Virus record (IMG/VR): IMGVR_UViG_3300045988_182237
Span: 76,042 to 108,041 of that record
Reading direction: 5' to 3' (one strand)
From: a virus
Length of the DNA stretch: 32,000 nucleotides
Below the pieces are notes generated by a model. That model had not been told where the DNA came from, searched no databases, and worked only from the letters and a program-made list of their open reading frames with translations. The translations under genes and the position numbers were made by a program. This document shows, piece by piece, positions 19,121 to 27,811 of the stretch; positions within the stretch are counted from its first letter, which is position 1, and each line of letters opens with the position of its first letter.

Positions 19121-20002
19121 TCATTCATTGCTACAGTCACCAAACAGCAAATTATATGCTTTTTCGATTTCAGAATCAGACATGGCCTTCCCTTTTTCTT
19201 CAATGCTGTGCAGAATTAGAGTCTTGTCGCTCTCCTCATCCGGCACGAAGCCAAGAATCACATCCAGTTTGTTGCGATTTTCGTCCTGCGCAAGATACTC
19301 TTTGATTTCGGACCACTGCGCATCACGCTGGTTCAGAGCGTCAACGTTCTGGACACAGAACGGGTACTCACTTTGCGGCATAGCACCGGAAAGGTATTTG
19401 GTATCGTCGCAATACATCTTGATAAGCCGGACAATATAGTTCCGCTCTGCTTTGGTTCTTGCAGTCAGAATGTTGCTTGCGCTCTGGTACTTGAAGTTAT
19501 CCCCAACAGCTTCCAACGACTCTGCAATCTGTCGAAAACTCAGCATTTCGTTTGTGGCCTTGTCATGCTGCGACACGGTGGAAGCATAGTATCCTTGTTC
19601 CGTTTCGTTTGCTTCTACCACGGCAGCGAGATTCGAGTCAATATGGATGAGCCGTTCACTGTTATCCCCTTGCGCACGAATTGTGTTGTTCACTTTCGCA
19701 ATCCAACTGTCAGTTTCCGTAGCATCATCGCCCGCATAGAGGTAGGTTACAATATCCGGGTTAGTGGGGTTCGGAAGCTCCGCACAAGCTAAGGTCAGAT
19801 TCCGTCCGTATTCTTTTGCCTGGAGATACATGTTCGGATAATCGTCTTGTATTGTCTGAGCGATTGCCTCAACCTCGGCCTCATCTTTTTCAATGACAAG
19901 GCCGACAGTGGCTACCTGCTCTTCAATGTTGAGCTGCTTCAAAATATCCTCAAGGTCGAATACAATAGCTTCCTTGTTGGTTGTATAGAATCGAATTTTC
20001 AT
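19121..20002 (-). CDS. hypothetical protein with YLYAGDDATETD motif
   Basis: 293 aa ORF, RBS aggagg; motif shared with 1083..1568. Confidence 0.8.
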   Translation of the reverse strand: MKIRFYTTNKEAIVFDLEDILKQLNIEEQVATVGLVIEKDEAEVEAIAQTIQDDYPNMYLQAKEYGRNLTLACAELPNPTNPDIVTYLYAGDDATETDSWIAKVNNTIRAQGDNSERLIHIDSNLAAVVEANETEQGYYASTVSQHDKATNEMLSFRQIAESLEAVGDNFKYQSASNILTARTKAERNYIVRLIKMYCDDTKYLSGAMPQSEYPFCVQNVDALNQRDAQWSEIKEYLAQDENRNKLDVILGFVPDEESDKTLILHSIEEKGKAMSDSEIEKAYNLLFGDCSNE

Positions 20003-20025
20003 AGTTTTTTCCTCCTGACGACATT

Positions 20026-20060
20026 AAAAAAGGCAGGCCCTCGATTGGAAGGTCTGCCAA
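20026..20060 (-). terminator. intrinsic terminator resembling cassette terminators but without the 5' stem or promoter
   Basis: Minus: GGCAGACCTTCCAATCGAGGGCCTGCCTTTTTT. Confidence 0.7.
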
Positions 20061-20087
20061 AAGAACAGCTTGAGAATTGCAAAAAGG

Positions 20088-20288
20088 TCATTGTGCGGCT
20101 TTGACAGCTGCGTTTATCATTGTGTAGGCAATATCCAGGAGTCGAAACGCAAGAACTCCAAAAGATAATGCTACCAGCAAAAAGCAAAACACAAATTTTT
20201 GTTTGTTCTCACCCTGGAAATAGTACATTCCAAAGCAGGACGCGATGAGAACGCAGAGAAACACAACGACCCAAATAATATCAGCCAT
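20088..20288 (-). CDS. small membrane protein
   Basis: MADIIWVVVFLCVLIASCFGMYYFQGENKQKFVFCFLLVALSFGVLAFRLL..., internal start of track ORF 20088..20519. Confidence 0.7.
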   Translation of the reverse strand: MADIIWVVVFLCVLIASCFGMYYFQGENKQKFVFCFLLVALSFGVLAFRLLDIAYTMINAAVKAAQ

Positions 20289-20898
20289 TGTCCTGATTTT
20301 GATTTTGCTGAGTCGGCTGGGTCTTGACTTCAGCAGGAGCATTCGGAGTCTGATACTGAACATTCTGGCTCGGCTCTTTGGGAGTTTCGGGGGCCTGGTA
20401 CTGAACAGTACTGGGGTTGTTCTGCTGTTCGGCTTTCTTTTCCTCATATTTGGTCTTGAGCTGAGAATAGGAATAGCCATCCTGCGGGATACCGTGATAC
20501 TCATAATGGCCGAAAGCAAGAATCATGTTGAACACCGGATTCAGAAGGCAAAGACCAATCGTGAAACCAATACCTTCACCGAACGCAACGGCTTTCTTGT
20601 AGTTGGTAATAGCACCGATGATGAGGGCAACAACCAGGAACAGATTGCCGAGCAGCGGGATGCCAGACAAAAGGCTCAGCAAGACCGGAATCAGAAACAA
20701 CCAGCCGTTCCCCCAGTAAATGTTGAATTCGATGTAGTTGCTGTAGAACGGGACGATGGATGCCCAGCCAGGCTGCCCGGCCTTCTCAAAAATTTTCCAA
20801 TTGGCGACGATTTTGAGCACAAAATACGCTACCACCAGAAGAATCATCGTATAGAGCATACCGCCCAAAAGATTCAATGCGCTGTAAGAATTGTACAT
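20281..20898 (-). CDS. DUF5684-type membrane protein
   Basis: NWKIFEKAGQPGWASIVPFYSNYIEF signature and four TM segments. Confidence 0.75.
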   Translation of the reverse strand: MYNSYSALNLLGGMLYTMILLVVAYFVLKIVANWKIFEKAGQPGWASIVPFYSNYIEFNIYWGNGWLFLIPVLLSLLSGIPLLGNLFLVVALIIGAITNYKKAVAFGEGIGFTIGLCLLNPVFNMILAFGHYEYHGIPQDGYSYSQLKTKYEEKKAEQQNNPSTVQYQAPETPKEPSQNVQYQTPNAPAEVKTQPTQQNQNQDNG

Positions 20899-20899
20899 T

Positions 20900-21262
20900 T
20901 TATATTCTCCTCTTCCGGCATATGAAGCCGGATGATTCCTTCACTAAGTTCTTTGCCTGTCGCTGCCGCTCTGCAAGTTCTTTGCCGCGTCTGACCAGTT
21001 CCGCATATTGCTCTCCGGTCAGCTTGCGAGGCGGCTTGATTTTGACCCATTTCTTGGGCATATCTGCCTCCATACACCAGTCCTCATCCCGCGTGATTTT
21101 AACAGCATCAGGGTACTCTTTGGCAAGCTCTTTTAGCTGTTCCATACGAGCTTTGTTGCAGGTGTAGTAGGATGCTTTCTTCTCCGCGTCATTGAATGTG
21201 ATGATGGTTTCGCGTTCCCAGGGTCCATCAGATGCCTGCGTGGCCACTTTTTTATCGGGCAT
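20900..21262 (-). CDS. hypothetical protein
   Basis: Start MPDKK after gaggtg. Confidence 0.7.
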   Translation of the reverse strand: MPDKKVATQASDGPWERETIITFNDAEKKASYYTCNKARMEQLKELAKEYPDAVKITRDEDWCMEADMPKKWVKIKPPRKLTGEQYAELVRRGKELAERQRQAKNLVKESSGFICRKRRI

Positions 21263-21275
21263 GATTTTTTTCACC

Positions 21276-21491
21276 TCAATCGAATAAAATTGCCGACATA
21301 GCAGGGCCTTCGCAGATATACCCGCTCGCCTCGGCCCATTTCGGCGTCATGAGCTTGCCATTTGTTTTCACAAGCACCATCTTCCGAGCAGAGGTATTCA
21401 GGAATTCCGCCGGAGCCCAGTTATTTCGCACAACGACGATAGCATTGTCGTCCGCGTTCTCAAGCATATGCTTCAGCTCTTTTACCGTCAC
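21276..21491 (-). CDS. hypothetical protein
   Basis: 71 aa ORF with RBS. Confidence 0.65.
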   Translation of the reverse strand: MTVKELKHMLENADDNAIVVVRNNWAPAEFLNTSARKMVLVKTNGKLMTPKWAEASGYICEGPAMSAILFD

Positions 21492-21495
21492 CGTG

Positions 21496-21792
21496 TCACC
21501 TCCCGTTCAACACATCATCCAGTGCCTGCAAGAAAACTCTGGATTCCTCATTGATTCCGCCGCGACACAGAACTTTCGCAATATCATCAAATCTTACCAG
21601 GTACATATTTTCTTCACCCATATACCCTTGCGGCCAGGGAACCGCATAGTAGTTGTGCGGAAAAGAACTTGTGTCATAGCCGACCACAATATATTTCTGG
21701 TCTGCAACATTTTTCACCGTCAGGATAGTCCCAAGCGGTAACGCGTCTTTCATGGAATGAGTAGTTGCAGGCATGATTCTCTGAATTTTCAA
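21496..21792 (-). CDS. hypothetical protein, TTG start
   Basis: 98 aa ORF; agggaggtgctgttTTG initiation context. Confidence 0.7.
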   Translation of the reverse strand: MKIQRIMPATTHSMKDALPLGTILTVKNVADQKYIVVGYDTSSFPHNYYAVPWPQGYMGEENMYLVRFDDIAKVLCRGGINEESRVFLQALDDVLNGR

Positions 21793-21813
21793 AACAGCAC
21801 CTCCCTAATTTTC

Positions 21814-21841
21814 ATTTTATGAGAGTCGCACATTTGCGCAA
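21814..21841 (-). promoter_or_regulatory. promoter TTGCGC-AAATGTGCGACTCTCA-TAAAAT (no cassette RNA)
   Basis: 16 bp spacer with TGCGA, close to RBS of 21496..21792. Confidence 0.7.
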
Positions 21842-21854
21842 GGAAACTGAAAAC

Positions 21855-21888
21855 AAAAAAAGCGGCCGCTCCAAAAGGAACGACCGCA
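21855..21888 (-). terminator. intrinsic terminator
   Basis: Minus: TTTGCGGTCGTTCCTTTTGGAGCGGCCGCTTTTTTT. Confidence 0.7.
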
Positions 21889-22050
21889 AAGATACGAGTC
21901 AGATATTATTCATGGGAATCGGCTCTCCTGAAATCAGAAAGTTGATTCTCAGTGGAACACTGCACGAAAGGAATTCCCTTGCGCGGATTCACAAAAACGT
22001 CTGTGGTCGCAAACGCATTGCCAAAATCCATAAATTTTGTGCGCAGGGTA

Positions 22051-22086
22051 CACCGTCTATAGTCGCTTGCGACTTAGGCGGCGAGG
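22051..22086 (-). repeat. 3' end hairpin of the iscB2 element
   Basis: Minus: CCTCGCCGCCTAAGTCGCAAGCGACTATAGACGGTG. Confidence 0.55.
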
Positions 22087-22159
22087 AATGCGCTGACTAA
22101 GAGTATATTTGAGGTACACTCAGTAAATGCAAATACCCTATGTCTCCTTTCTTGAGTTT

Positions 22160-23557
22160 TTAAGATACTTTATCCCACGCAGAGCGCATGGGGCTTATCG
22201 TTTTAATAATTTTCAGCTTTTTAAGGCTTGTGGATTTTTTACCGCTTTTTGATGGCGTTTTGAATTCTACGTTTACAGAACCATTCTTTTTGGTATGAGT
22301 GCCATGGACAGTAAGAATTTCCCCGTTGAGAGAAACCAAATCACCGGGATTGAGGGCCACTTTCTTGCGACGTAGCGCACGATAGCCTTTACGAATCCTT
22401 TTTCCACGGTATTTGTGCAAATTTTCAGAATCCTTTTTATGGCTGCGGTTGATTCTACCGTTGAAGAGCTCTTTTCCAGTAGCTATTTCTCCTGTACGAA
22501 TGTCAATGTAGCGAGAATCATAAAACTTTTCAAGGATGCGATTATTACGCCTTACCTTTTCATAATGTTCAAACGTACAGCGGCAGTTTGGATGAAACTC
22601 GCCCATTGCATACGCATCGTTGTTATGACTCTTTTCAAGATGAAGGGCAATTCGCTTTTCCTTGGTCATCGCGCCATAAGTGAATGTGACGAACGGCTTT
22701 CCAAAAGCAGCGTAAAGTTCATTAACGATTTGCCAGCGTACAGTGTTCATAAATGCTGCACCAGAAAGGTTGGCAAACTTTATATCTTCACCGAATCCAT
22801 AGAGCTTGCCGCCTTTTTGATGGTTAGCTGGTGTATGGCACTTCTCGCATACTGTTATAAGCTCGCTGAGACTATTGTCATGGCGACCTTTCCAATAAAA
22901 CATGTGATGCACGTGCAAAATTGCACCTTCACTGGCTTCGCGCCCACAAACTTGGCAGGTGTAGTTATCACGGTAGAATACTGCTTCCCGCAAGGTTGCT
23001 AAATTGTAGCGAGGGCCTTTTTGATAATCTGCGCCTTCTGGTGTAGCTTTACCTTCCTCGATTGCTTTTACAAGCATTGTGTCGAAAGAACCAACTTCAA
23101 CGGTTGCATGCGTAATAGGCACAACTTCGCAATACATTTTAATGACATTGACGTTGAGTTCTTTCTTATGTTTAAGAGAGGGTGCAAGCCAGCCTTTGTC
23201 ACGTTTGCGGTTGTCAAAGCGCTTTTGGCGGTAACGTAGCCTGTTTCTGCGAGTTCGGCGCATTCTACGGCAAGCATCGTGACAGCTTTTCTCGTCTTGC
23301 AATGTATCATACTGTGCAGATACATACTCGTGAGATTGGCTTTTCACACTGATGCCGATGTAGTTGTAACCGACGTCCTCACAGATTTCAATGGGTTGAA
23401 TATTCGTTTCGCTGTCATACAGTAACTGAATAGTAAATGGATGATGCTTAATGATTTTTGCTTTTCCGTCTTTCAGAAGATGGCGTACCTTGCCAAGACG
23501 GATAGTCGGCATCAGGCGTTCGCCATTCTTACTGAGAACACAAGCGCAAGTGCTCAT
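22160..23557 (-). CDS. iscB: IscB-family RNA-guided nuclease (IscB2)
   Basis: ERLMPT (PLMP-like), DVGYNYIGISV (RuvC-I), RRMRRTRRNRLRYRQKRF bridge, VEVGSFD (RuvC-II), HNH CQVCG...HVHHMFYWKGRHDNSLSELITVCEKCH, HNNDAYAM (RuvC-III); 465 aa. Confidence 0.88.
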   Translation of the reverse strand: MSTCACVLSKNGERLMPTIRLGKVRHLLKDGKAKIIKHHPFTIQLLYDSETNIQPIEICEDVGYNYIGISVKSQSHEYVSAQYDTLQDEKSCHDACRRMRRTRRNRLRYRQKRFDNRKRDKGWLAPSLKHKKELNVNVIKMYCEVVPITHATVEVGSFDTMLVKAIEEGKATPEGADYQKGPRYNLATLREAVFYRDNYTCQVCGREASEGAILHVHHMFYWKGRHDNSLSELITVCEKCHTPANHQKGGKLYGFGEDIKFANLSGAAFMNTVRWQIVNELYAAFGKPFVTFTYGAMTKEKRIALHLEKSHNNDAYAMGEFHPNCRCTFEHYEKVRRNNRILEKFYDSRYIDIRTGEIATGKELFNGRINRSHKKDSENLHKYRGKRIRKGYRALRRKKVALNPGDLVSLNGEILTVHGTHTKKNGSVNVEFKTPSKSGKKSTSLKKLKIIKTISPMRSAWDKVS

Positions 23558-23564
23558 GCAAGGT

Positions 23565-23870
23565 ACTCCTTTCGTATAATAGTTGTAAATCGATAAGTCA
23601 GGGCTTGCGCCCTGTGGTCCACATCGCCAATGTTGTTATACCGTTTTAGCCTTTCGACATGACGTTCGCACTTCTCCTACCCTTAGAGATGTTTAACGAG
23701 CCGTCCGCAGTGCTTACCACTTGTGGAGCATGAGTAAGGTGCCTATATTATTAGTACACAACGTAGTTTCCTGCCGCTGGAGCAGCAGACTTAGGCTAAT
23801 CAACCGGGCTTACGGGTTGCCCTGCAAGCCCCATCTATAACCAGCGGACTGGTTAAGGCGGGGTTGTTGA
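23565..23870 (-). ncRNA. candidate omega-RNA (HEARO-like) of IscB2
   Basis: Structured noncoding DNA immediately 5' of iscB2; stems AACCAG-TCCG-CTGGTT, GGGCTT...AAGCCC, CAGGGC-GCAA-GCCCTG. Confidence 0.65.
23829..23863 (-). repeat. 5' end hairpin of the iscB2 element
   Basis: Minus: CCCCGCCTTAACCAGTCCGCTGGTTATAGATGGGG. Confidence 0.55.
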
Positions 23871-23935
23871 CGCAAACCAATCCGATTCATCCTGGCCCTG
23901 CTCACCATAAAGATGAATAACAGGTGCCGGAATAA

Positions 23936-24007
23936 TCAAAGCACGATACTCGTGCGTTTTGCACTGTTGTACAGCTTGTACTTGTAAGTTTTAACAACCA
24001 TGCGCAT
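23936..24007 (-). pseudogene. possible tnpB N-terminal relic
   Basis: MRMVVKTYKYKLYNSAKRTSIVL*, first about 14 residues resemble TnpB N-termini; RBS aaaggagg. Confidence 0.4.
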
Positions 24008-24043
24008 AAATAGCGTCCTCCTTTCATTTGAGCTCTACTATTC

Positions 24044-24071
24044 ATGATAGGCAATTCGCAAGCACAGGCAA
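24044..24071 (-). promoter_or_regulatory. promoter TTGCCT-GTGCTTGCGAATTGCC-TATCAT
   Basis: 16 bp spacer with TGCGA; upstream of the iscB2 element. Confidence 0.7.
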
Positions 24072-24073
24072 AC

Positions 24074-24113
24074 AAAAGCTGCCTATCCGAAGATAGACAG
24101 CAACTATTTTTTT
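24074..24113 (-). terminator. terminator-like hairpin abutting the promoter
   Basis: Minus: GCTGTCTATCTTCGGATAGGCAGCTTTTGTTTG. Confidence 0.6.
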
Positions 24114-24122
24114 ACTTAGACA

Positions 24123-24154
24123 CCTTTCACCCCACGACTAAAGTCGTAGAGCTT
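24123..24154 (-). repeat. IS200/IS605-like end hairpin A
   Basis: Minus: AAGCTCTACGACTTTAGTCGTGGGGTGAAAGG. Confidence 0.5.
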
Positions 24155-24260
24155 CTGGCTAACTTTTATAGCGATACAAATGCGTTAAGCACATATGAAT
24201 CATTACAACATGAATGTGTCAATTCTGATTGTTACCCTCAGAATGTTTCTTTAGTGTTGG

Positions 24261-24294
24261 CCTTTCACCCCACGGTTGAAACCGTGGGCTTTCC
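24261..24294 (-). repeat. IS200/IS605-like end hairpin B
   Basis: Minus: GGAAAGCCCACGGTTTCAACCGTGGGGTGAAAGG. Confidence 0.5.
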
Positions 24295-24300
24295 CAGCCT

Positions 24301-24354
24301 TCATTTTGTAAAAGTCAGGAGCTTACCGTGTTCGCCTTGGATGTAGAGTTTCAT
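24301..24354 (-). pseudogene. truncated resident gene start
   Basis: MKLYIQGEHGKLLTFTK* with good RBS (ggaggaaaagtaagcc), ending next to hairpin B. Confidence 0.35.
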
Positions 24355-24357
24355 GGC

Positions 24358-24930
24358 TTACTTTTCCTCCTTTTTCTTGTCGGCGTTCAGAATCTTTTCC
24401 AGAACGTCGTTATAAAAATCGTCAAGGAACAGACCGGTTTCTTCATCCGCTTCCGGAGCAGTGAAAACACCGTCTCCTTCAGCTGAATCCTGTACAGCGT
24501 CGAAGACACCGATTGTGCCCCAAAGCTCATCGGCCAGATGGTCATAGCCGAGGTCCTTTACTTTTGCCGAGAGGTCAATCAGCAGCATTTTCTGCCGAAA
24601 GAACTTGTTCATATCCAGGCCAATGTAGGGTTTTGCTGCGGTATTGCTTTTCTGAGACTTTACTTTGAAAATACCCCAGTCAAAATTGCTGTCTGCGCCG
24701 TACATATACCCGGATGCGAGGCAGAAGCCTTCAGCAGCACTGTCCTCAACGTTGATACCGACTTCATAATCGCTTCCGGAATCTTCATCCAGGTTAATCG
24801 CAGAGCCTGTTGCCTTTTCGTACTCTGCCTCAATGTCAGCTTTCATGGCTACCAGCAGGGCGTTGAAATCGGTGTTCTGGGAAAGCAGATTCATGTTTTC
24901 GCCTTCCTGGTTTTTAATGAGAATGTACAT
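24358..24930 (-). CDS. hypothetical protein
   Basis: 190 aa ORF with RBS aggagg. Confidence 0.8.
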   Translation of the reverse strand: MYILIKNQEGENMNLLSQNTDFNALLVAMKADIEAEYEKATGSAINLDEDSGSDYEVGINVEDSAAEGFCLASGYMYGADSNFDWGIFKVKSQKSNTAAKPYIGLDMNKFFRQKMLLIDLSAKVKDLGYDHLADELWGTIGVFDAVQDSAEGDGVFTAPEADEETGLFLDDFYNDVLEKILNADKKKEEK

Positions 24931-24949
24931 AGTATTTACCTCCTAACAA

Positions 24950-25189
24950 TCAAATCATGCTATCAGACAATTTGTCGATAGCTGCCGTGATGGCTTCGTT
25001 TTCCATCTGAGCAATATGCTCAAACAGATGAGACCAGTCGATGGCATCATAGACACGCTTGACAAACGCATCATAGGTGCCACCGGCCTTCATCATTTCA
25101 ATTTCAGACTCATAGCAGTCGGGCTCCTCAAGTATGAACTTGATATCGTCGGTTGGGTTGATTTGTATTGCTGCTTCGTACTCATTCAT
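24950..25189 (-). CDS. hypothetical protein
   Basis: Start MNEYEAAIQ after aaaggaaa. Confidence 0.7.
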   Translation of the reverse strand: MNEYEAAIQINPTDDIKFILEEPDCYESEIEMMKAGGTYDAFVKRVYDAIDWSHLFEHIAQMENEAITAAIDKLSDSMI

Positions 25190-25216
25190 TTTGATTATTT
25201 CCTTTCTTTTATACGC

Positions 25217-25313
25217 AAAAAGGCGAACCACCCAAATGGGAAGTTCGCCTAAAGCGCATTGTTAAGTGTGCGAAGGGCAGGGTGCCTTTTCGATAACTGT
25301 TATCTATCGTACA
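25217..25313 (-). ncRNA. cassette RNA copy 6 (stem-loop 25267..25313, terminator-like 25217..25249)
   Basis: TGTACGATAGATAACAG...TCGCACA; GGCGAACTTCCCATTTGGGTGGTTCGCCTTTTT. Confidence 0.6.
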
Positions 25314-25319
25314 TTTTTG

Positions 25320-25347
25320 ATTATAGGCCGTTCGCATAAATCCGCAA
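25320..25347 (-). promoter_or_regulatory. promoter TTGCGG-ATTTATGCGAACGGCC-TATAAT
   Basis: Consensus -10, 16 bp spacer with TGCGA. Confidence 0.75.
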
Positions 25348-25348
25348 C

Positions 25349-25380
25349 AAAAAACCGCCACCCAAATGGGCAGCGGTAAT
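25349..25380 (-). terminator. intrinsic terminator of 25387..25671
   Basis: Minus: TTACCGCTGCCCATTTGGGTGGCGGTTTTTT. Confidence 0.7.
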
Positions 25381-25386
25381 GAAAAA

Positions 25387-25671
25387 TTAAATTTCAGCGC
25401 AGAACATCGCGAGTTTCTGCCACAGCAAATAGGTGCTGTATCTCATGCGTACCTTTTCAGGAACACCAGTAACCAAACACCATTTGTGAGCAGTGGCTTT
25501 GATGCGGGGAATCTGCCTCTGTTCGGCTTCGGTAAACGTCTTGCTGTATAGTCTGCGACGGCGTCCGGAATTCCAAAAGGCTCCTTCCATCGTTTCGCAA
25601 ATCAGAGCGTACGCCAAATAGCTTTGGGCTTCTTCGTGAGTCAATGTAACCATCGTTTTCATGGCTGTCAC
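25387..25671 (-). CDS. hypothetical protein
   Basis: 94 aa ORF, overlaps next gene start. Confidence 0.75.
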   Translation of the reverse strand: MTAMKTMVTLTHEEAQSYLAYALICETMEGAFWNSGRRRRLYSKTFTEAEQRQIPRIKATAHKWCLVTGVPEKVRMRYSTYLLWQKLAMFCAEI

Positions 25672-26243
25672 CCTGCCTTTCTCTCATTGCGAGCCATATG
25701 CAGCGCATAATCAAGCGCGTCAGGGTCATCGGCCAAGAATTTCGTTTTCTGAAGTGTACCAAGCTTGGGATGCTTCAGAATCGTATAGTTGCCATTGTTC
25801 TGGACAAGGGAACCTTTATCATAGACAAGCTCGACCTTTTCGGCAGGTACTGCGTAACGGCGAATGCGGTCACATTCATCCGCATAGTTGATGGGAGTGA
25901 TATAGCCAACTGGCTTTTGTCCTTCCATCCCTGTCACAGTGACCAGAAAAGCCTTAATGGTCCGGGCTTCTTCCTCTTCCTGCTCATCATAGTATTTGAA
26001 CGTGATGAACATGGGAGTATCTTTCTTGTACGCATCTTCCTCAGGGCAGAGATACGTTCCACAAGAGCGGCAGAACCAGAGCATCGATACGGGCTTTCCA
26101 GTTTCCTGCGCTTCTTTTGCATAGCGCTTAAAAATCTTTATGTCCAGCTTGAAATCCTCGGTGTAATGCTCAACCGTGCTTTTCACGATGAGTTTCAGAA
26201 AATTACAGATGGAAATAGCGGTCATAGTCATATTGGAAGTCAT
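25668..26243 (-). CDS. hypothetical protein with CxxC motif (LWFCRSCGTYLCPEE)
   Basis: 191 aa ORF, RBS aaggaga. Confidence 0.8.
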   Translation of the reverse strand: MTSNMTMTAISICNFLKLIVKSTVEHYTEDFKLDIKIFKRYAKEAQETGKPVSMLWFCRSCGTYLCPEEDAYKKDTPMFITFKYYDEQEEEEARTIKAFLVTVTGMEGQKPVGYITPINYADECDRIRRYAVPAEKVELVYDKGSLVQNNGNYTILKHPKLGTLQKTKFLADDPDALDYALHMARNERKAG

Positions 26244-26260
26244 AATAAAAATCTCCTTTT

Positions 26261-27262
26261 TTAGTCAGCCATGACCTTGGAAACATTCATGTCATAGCGG
26301 TTGAATTTAGAAATATAGTCAAAAATGGTATTTACTTGAGCTTTTGTTGCGGTTTTGGTCTCATCCATATCGAGGAACGGATTTCCCATCGAAGGATTAC
26401 GAATGGCAATCCAACCGCGTTTATATAGGAAATCGAGGCCCTTGCCGCTCCAGTCATACGCCATATTGAGAACTTCATGGTCAGAAAGACCAAACGTTTC
26501 TCGATTGCGCATGATGATGCGGCCAGCCAGGGCAGCGTGCTCGCCAAACTCGCAGGCATACCAGGTGCCATCGGGAGCAATCAGACCATATTCGGTCAGC
26601 TGATGCTGAATGGGTCTATCACTGATATAGCTGTTGTACAGTCGCTGACGGCGTTCAACGGATGTGCCTTTCATGTTTGCTTCAATCCAAGAGGCAAGCT
26701 TGGTCCAAAAATCGGTTTTGTAGAATTCCGGGTTGGATTCCTGCTCAGGAAGCGGTTCTCCATTGAATTCTGCAACAAGGTCTGGGTGGGTAAAAAGCCA
26801 TGCACCGTTGTTGAATGCATCAGAATAACCCGTTTTCCCATAGAGGAAGCACTTGATACCGTCATAGCTGCAATCGATATAATGATGTTTTGCATTGGTG
26901 CAGAGCGTTTCATAGCTATCAGTCATAGCAAAGCGGTCAACATAATTGAGCGGATGTGCAATCATATCCTCACGAATTTGATTGACCAGCATCCTGTGTT
27001 GAAGCTCCTCAACCTTCTGCCCGAGGGAACGAACATGAACATTGTCATCGACAAGTTCAAACTCATTGACACCAACAAGTCTTTTCCGGCCTTCGATAAT
27101 GTCCTGGCAAACATGCCTTTTTTCTTCCTCGTTGCCACCCATCATGCAGGAGAGCAGCAGCTCCTCACACTTTTTATACGGCTTGTCCATATTCCAGAAC
27201 CAGTCACGTGCAATGGCGGTGAGGAACTCACCATCCATACTGAAATGTAGTTGTTCACCCAT
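26261..27262 (-). CDS. hypothetical protein
   Basis: Start MGEQLHFS after ggggaggt. Confidence 0.8.
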   Translation of the reverse strand: MGEQLHFSMDGEFLTAIARDWFWNMDKPYKKCEELLLSCMMGGNEEEKRHVCQDIIEGRKRLVGVNEFELVDDNVHVRSLGQKVEELQHRMLVNQIREDMIAHPLNYVDRFAMTDSYETLCTNAKHHYIDCSYDGIKCFLYGKTGYSDAFNNGAWLFTHPDLVAEFNGEPLPEQESNPEFYKTDFWTKLASWIEANMKGTSVERRQRLYNSYISDRPIQHQLTEYGLIAPDGTWYACEFGEHAALAGRIIMRNRETFGLSDHEVLNMAYDWSGKGLDFLYKRGWIAIRNPSMGNPFLDMDETKTATKAQVNTIFDYISKFNRYDMNVSKVMAD

Positions 27263-27283
27263 GTTGGGTAACCTCCCCAATTG

Positions 27284-27811
27284 TTATGTGTTGTTCTCGA
27301 CAAAGTCTTCGCATTCCTCGCTGGTCAAAACCACGCCGAAATAGGCAACACGCTTGACGGTGGTTTCCCACACGCGAACGGTGCGTGCCATTGGCTGAAC
27401 GACCCAGGAATGACAGCGCCAGAGCCCGTCTTCGGAAAGAGCATAGCCCGTTGCAATAAAGCACCGGTCTTTGTTTTTATACCAAAGCCGTGCAGAATTG
27501 TAATGGCACTGGCAATCCTGGCCTTTCCTCATATAGCTGCTGCCATAAAAGAACCGGCCGCGTTCAAGGATTTTTGGTGCATCTTCATCGAACATCGTCA
27601 TGCAGACTTCATCCCCGCCAAATGTGAGGATTTTGTCATGCAGCTTCTTCATAGCATCGAGCGTTTGAGTATCGAAACCAGAAGAGGTGTTGTAAATCTG
27701 GCTTTTGGTAAGCCGCATTTTCCAATCCTCGTTCATTGGGTTCCAATGAATCGGCGCAGGCATCTGGTTTGCGGTGAGAATGGGGTGCTTAGAACTGTTC
27801 CAGCCTTTCAT
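27284..27811 (-). CDS. hypothetical protein
   Basis: 175 aa ORF, translationally coupled to upstream gene. Confidence 0.75.
   Translation of the reverse strand: MKGWNSSKHPILTANQMPAPIHWNPMNEDWKMRLTKSQIYNTSSGFDTQTLDAMKKLHDKILTFGGDEVCMTMFDEDAPKILERGRFFYGSSYMRKGQDCQCHYNSARLWYKNKDRCFIATGYALSEDGLWRCHSWVVQPMARTVRVWETTVKRVAYFGVVLTSEECEDFVENNT

Noticed and set aside
20065-20125. Possible further TGCGA promoter and cassette stem near 20100
   Set aside because: Sequence has TTGCGT but no TGCGA at the right offset and no 16-bp -10; it lies inside the small membrane protein CDS. Only the terminator resembles the cassette.
20088-20519. 143-aa minus ORF (MLSAIMSITVSRRMAIPILSS...)
   Set aside because: Its 5' two-thirds overlap the DUF5684 gene out of frame; only the internal MADIIW... 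start looks real.
23560-24350. tRNA genes within the structured noncoding region
   Set aside because: Hairpins present but no cloverleaf with T-arm/anticodon arrangement was recognised.
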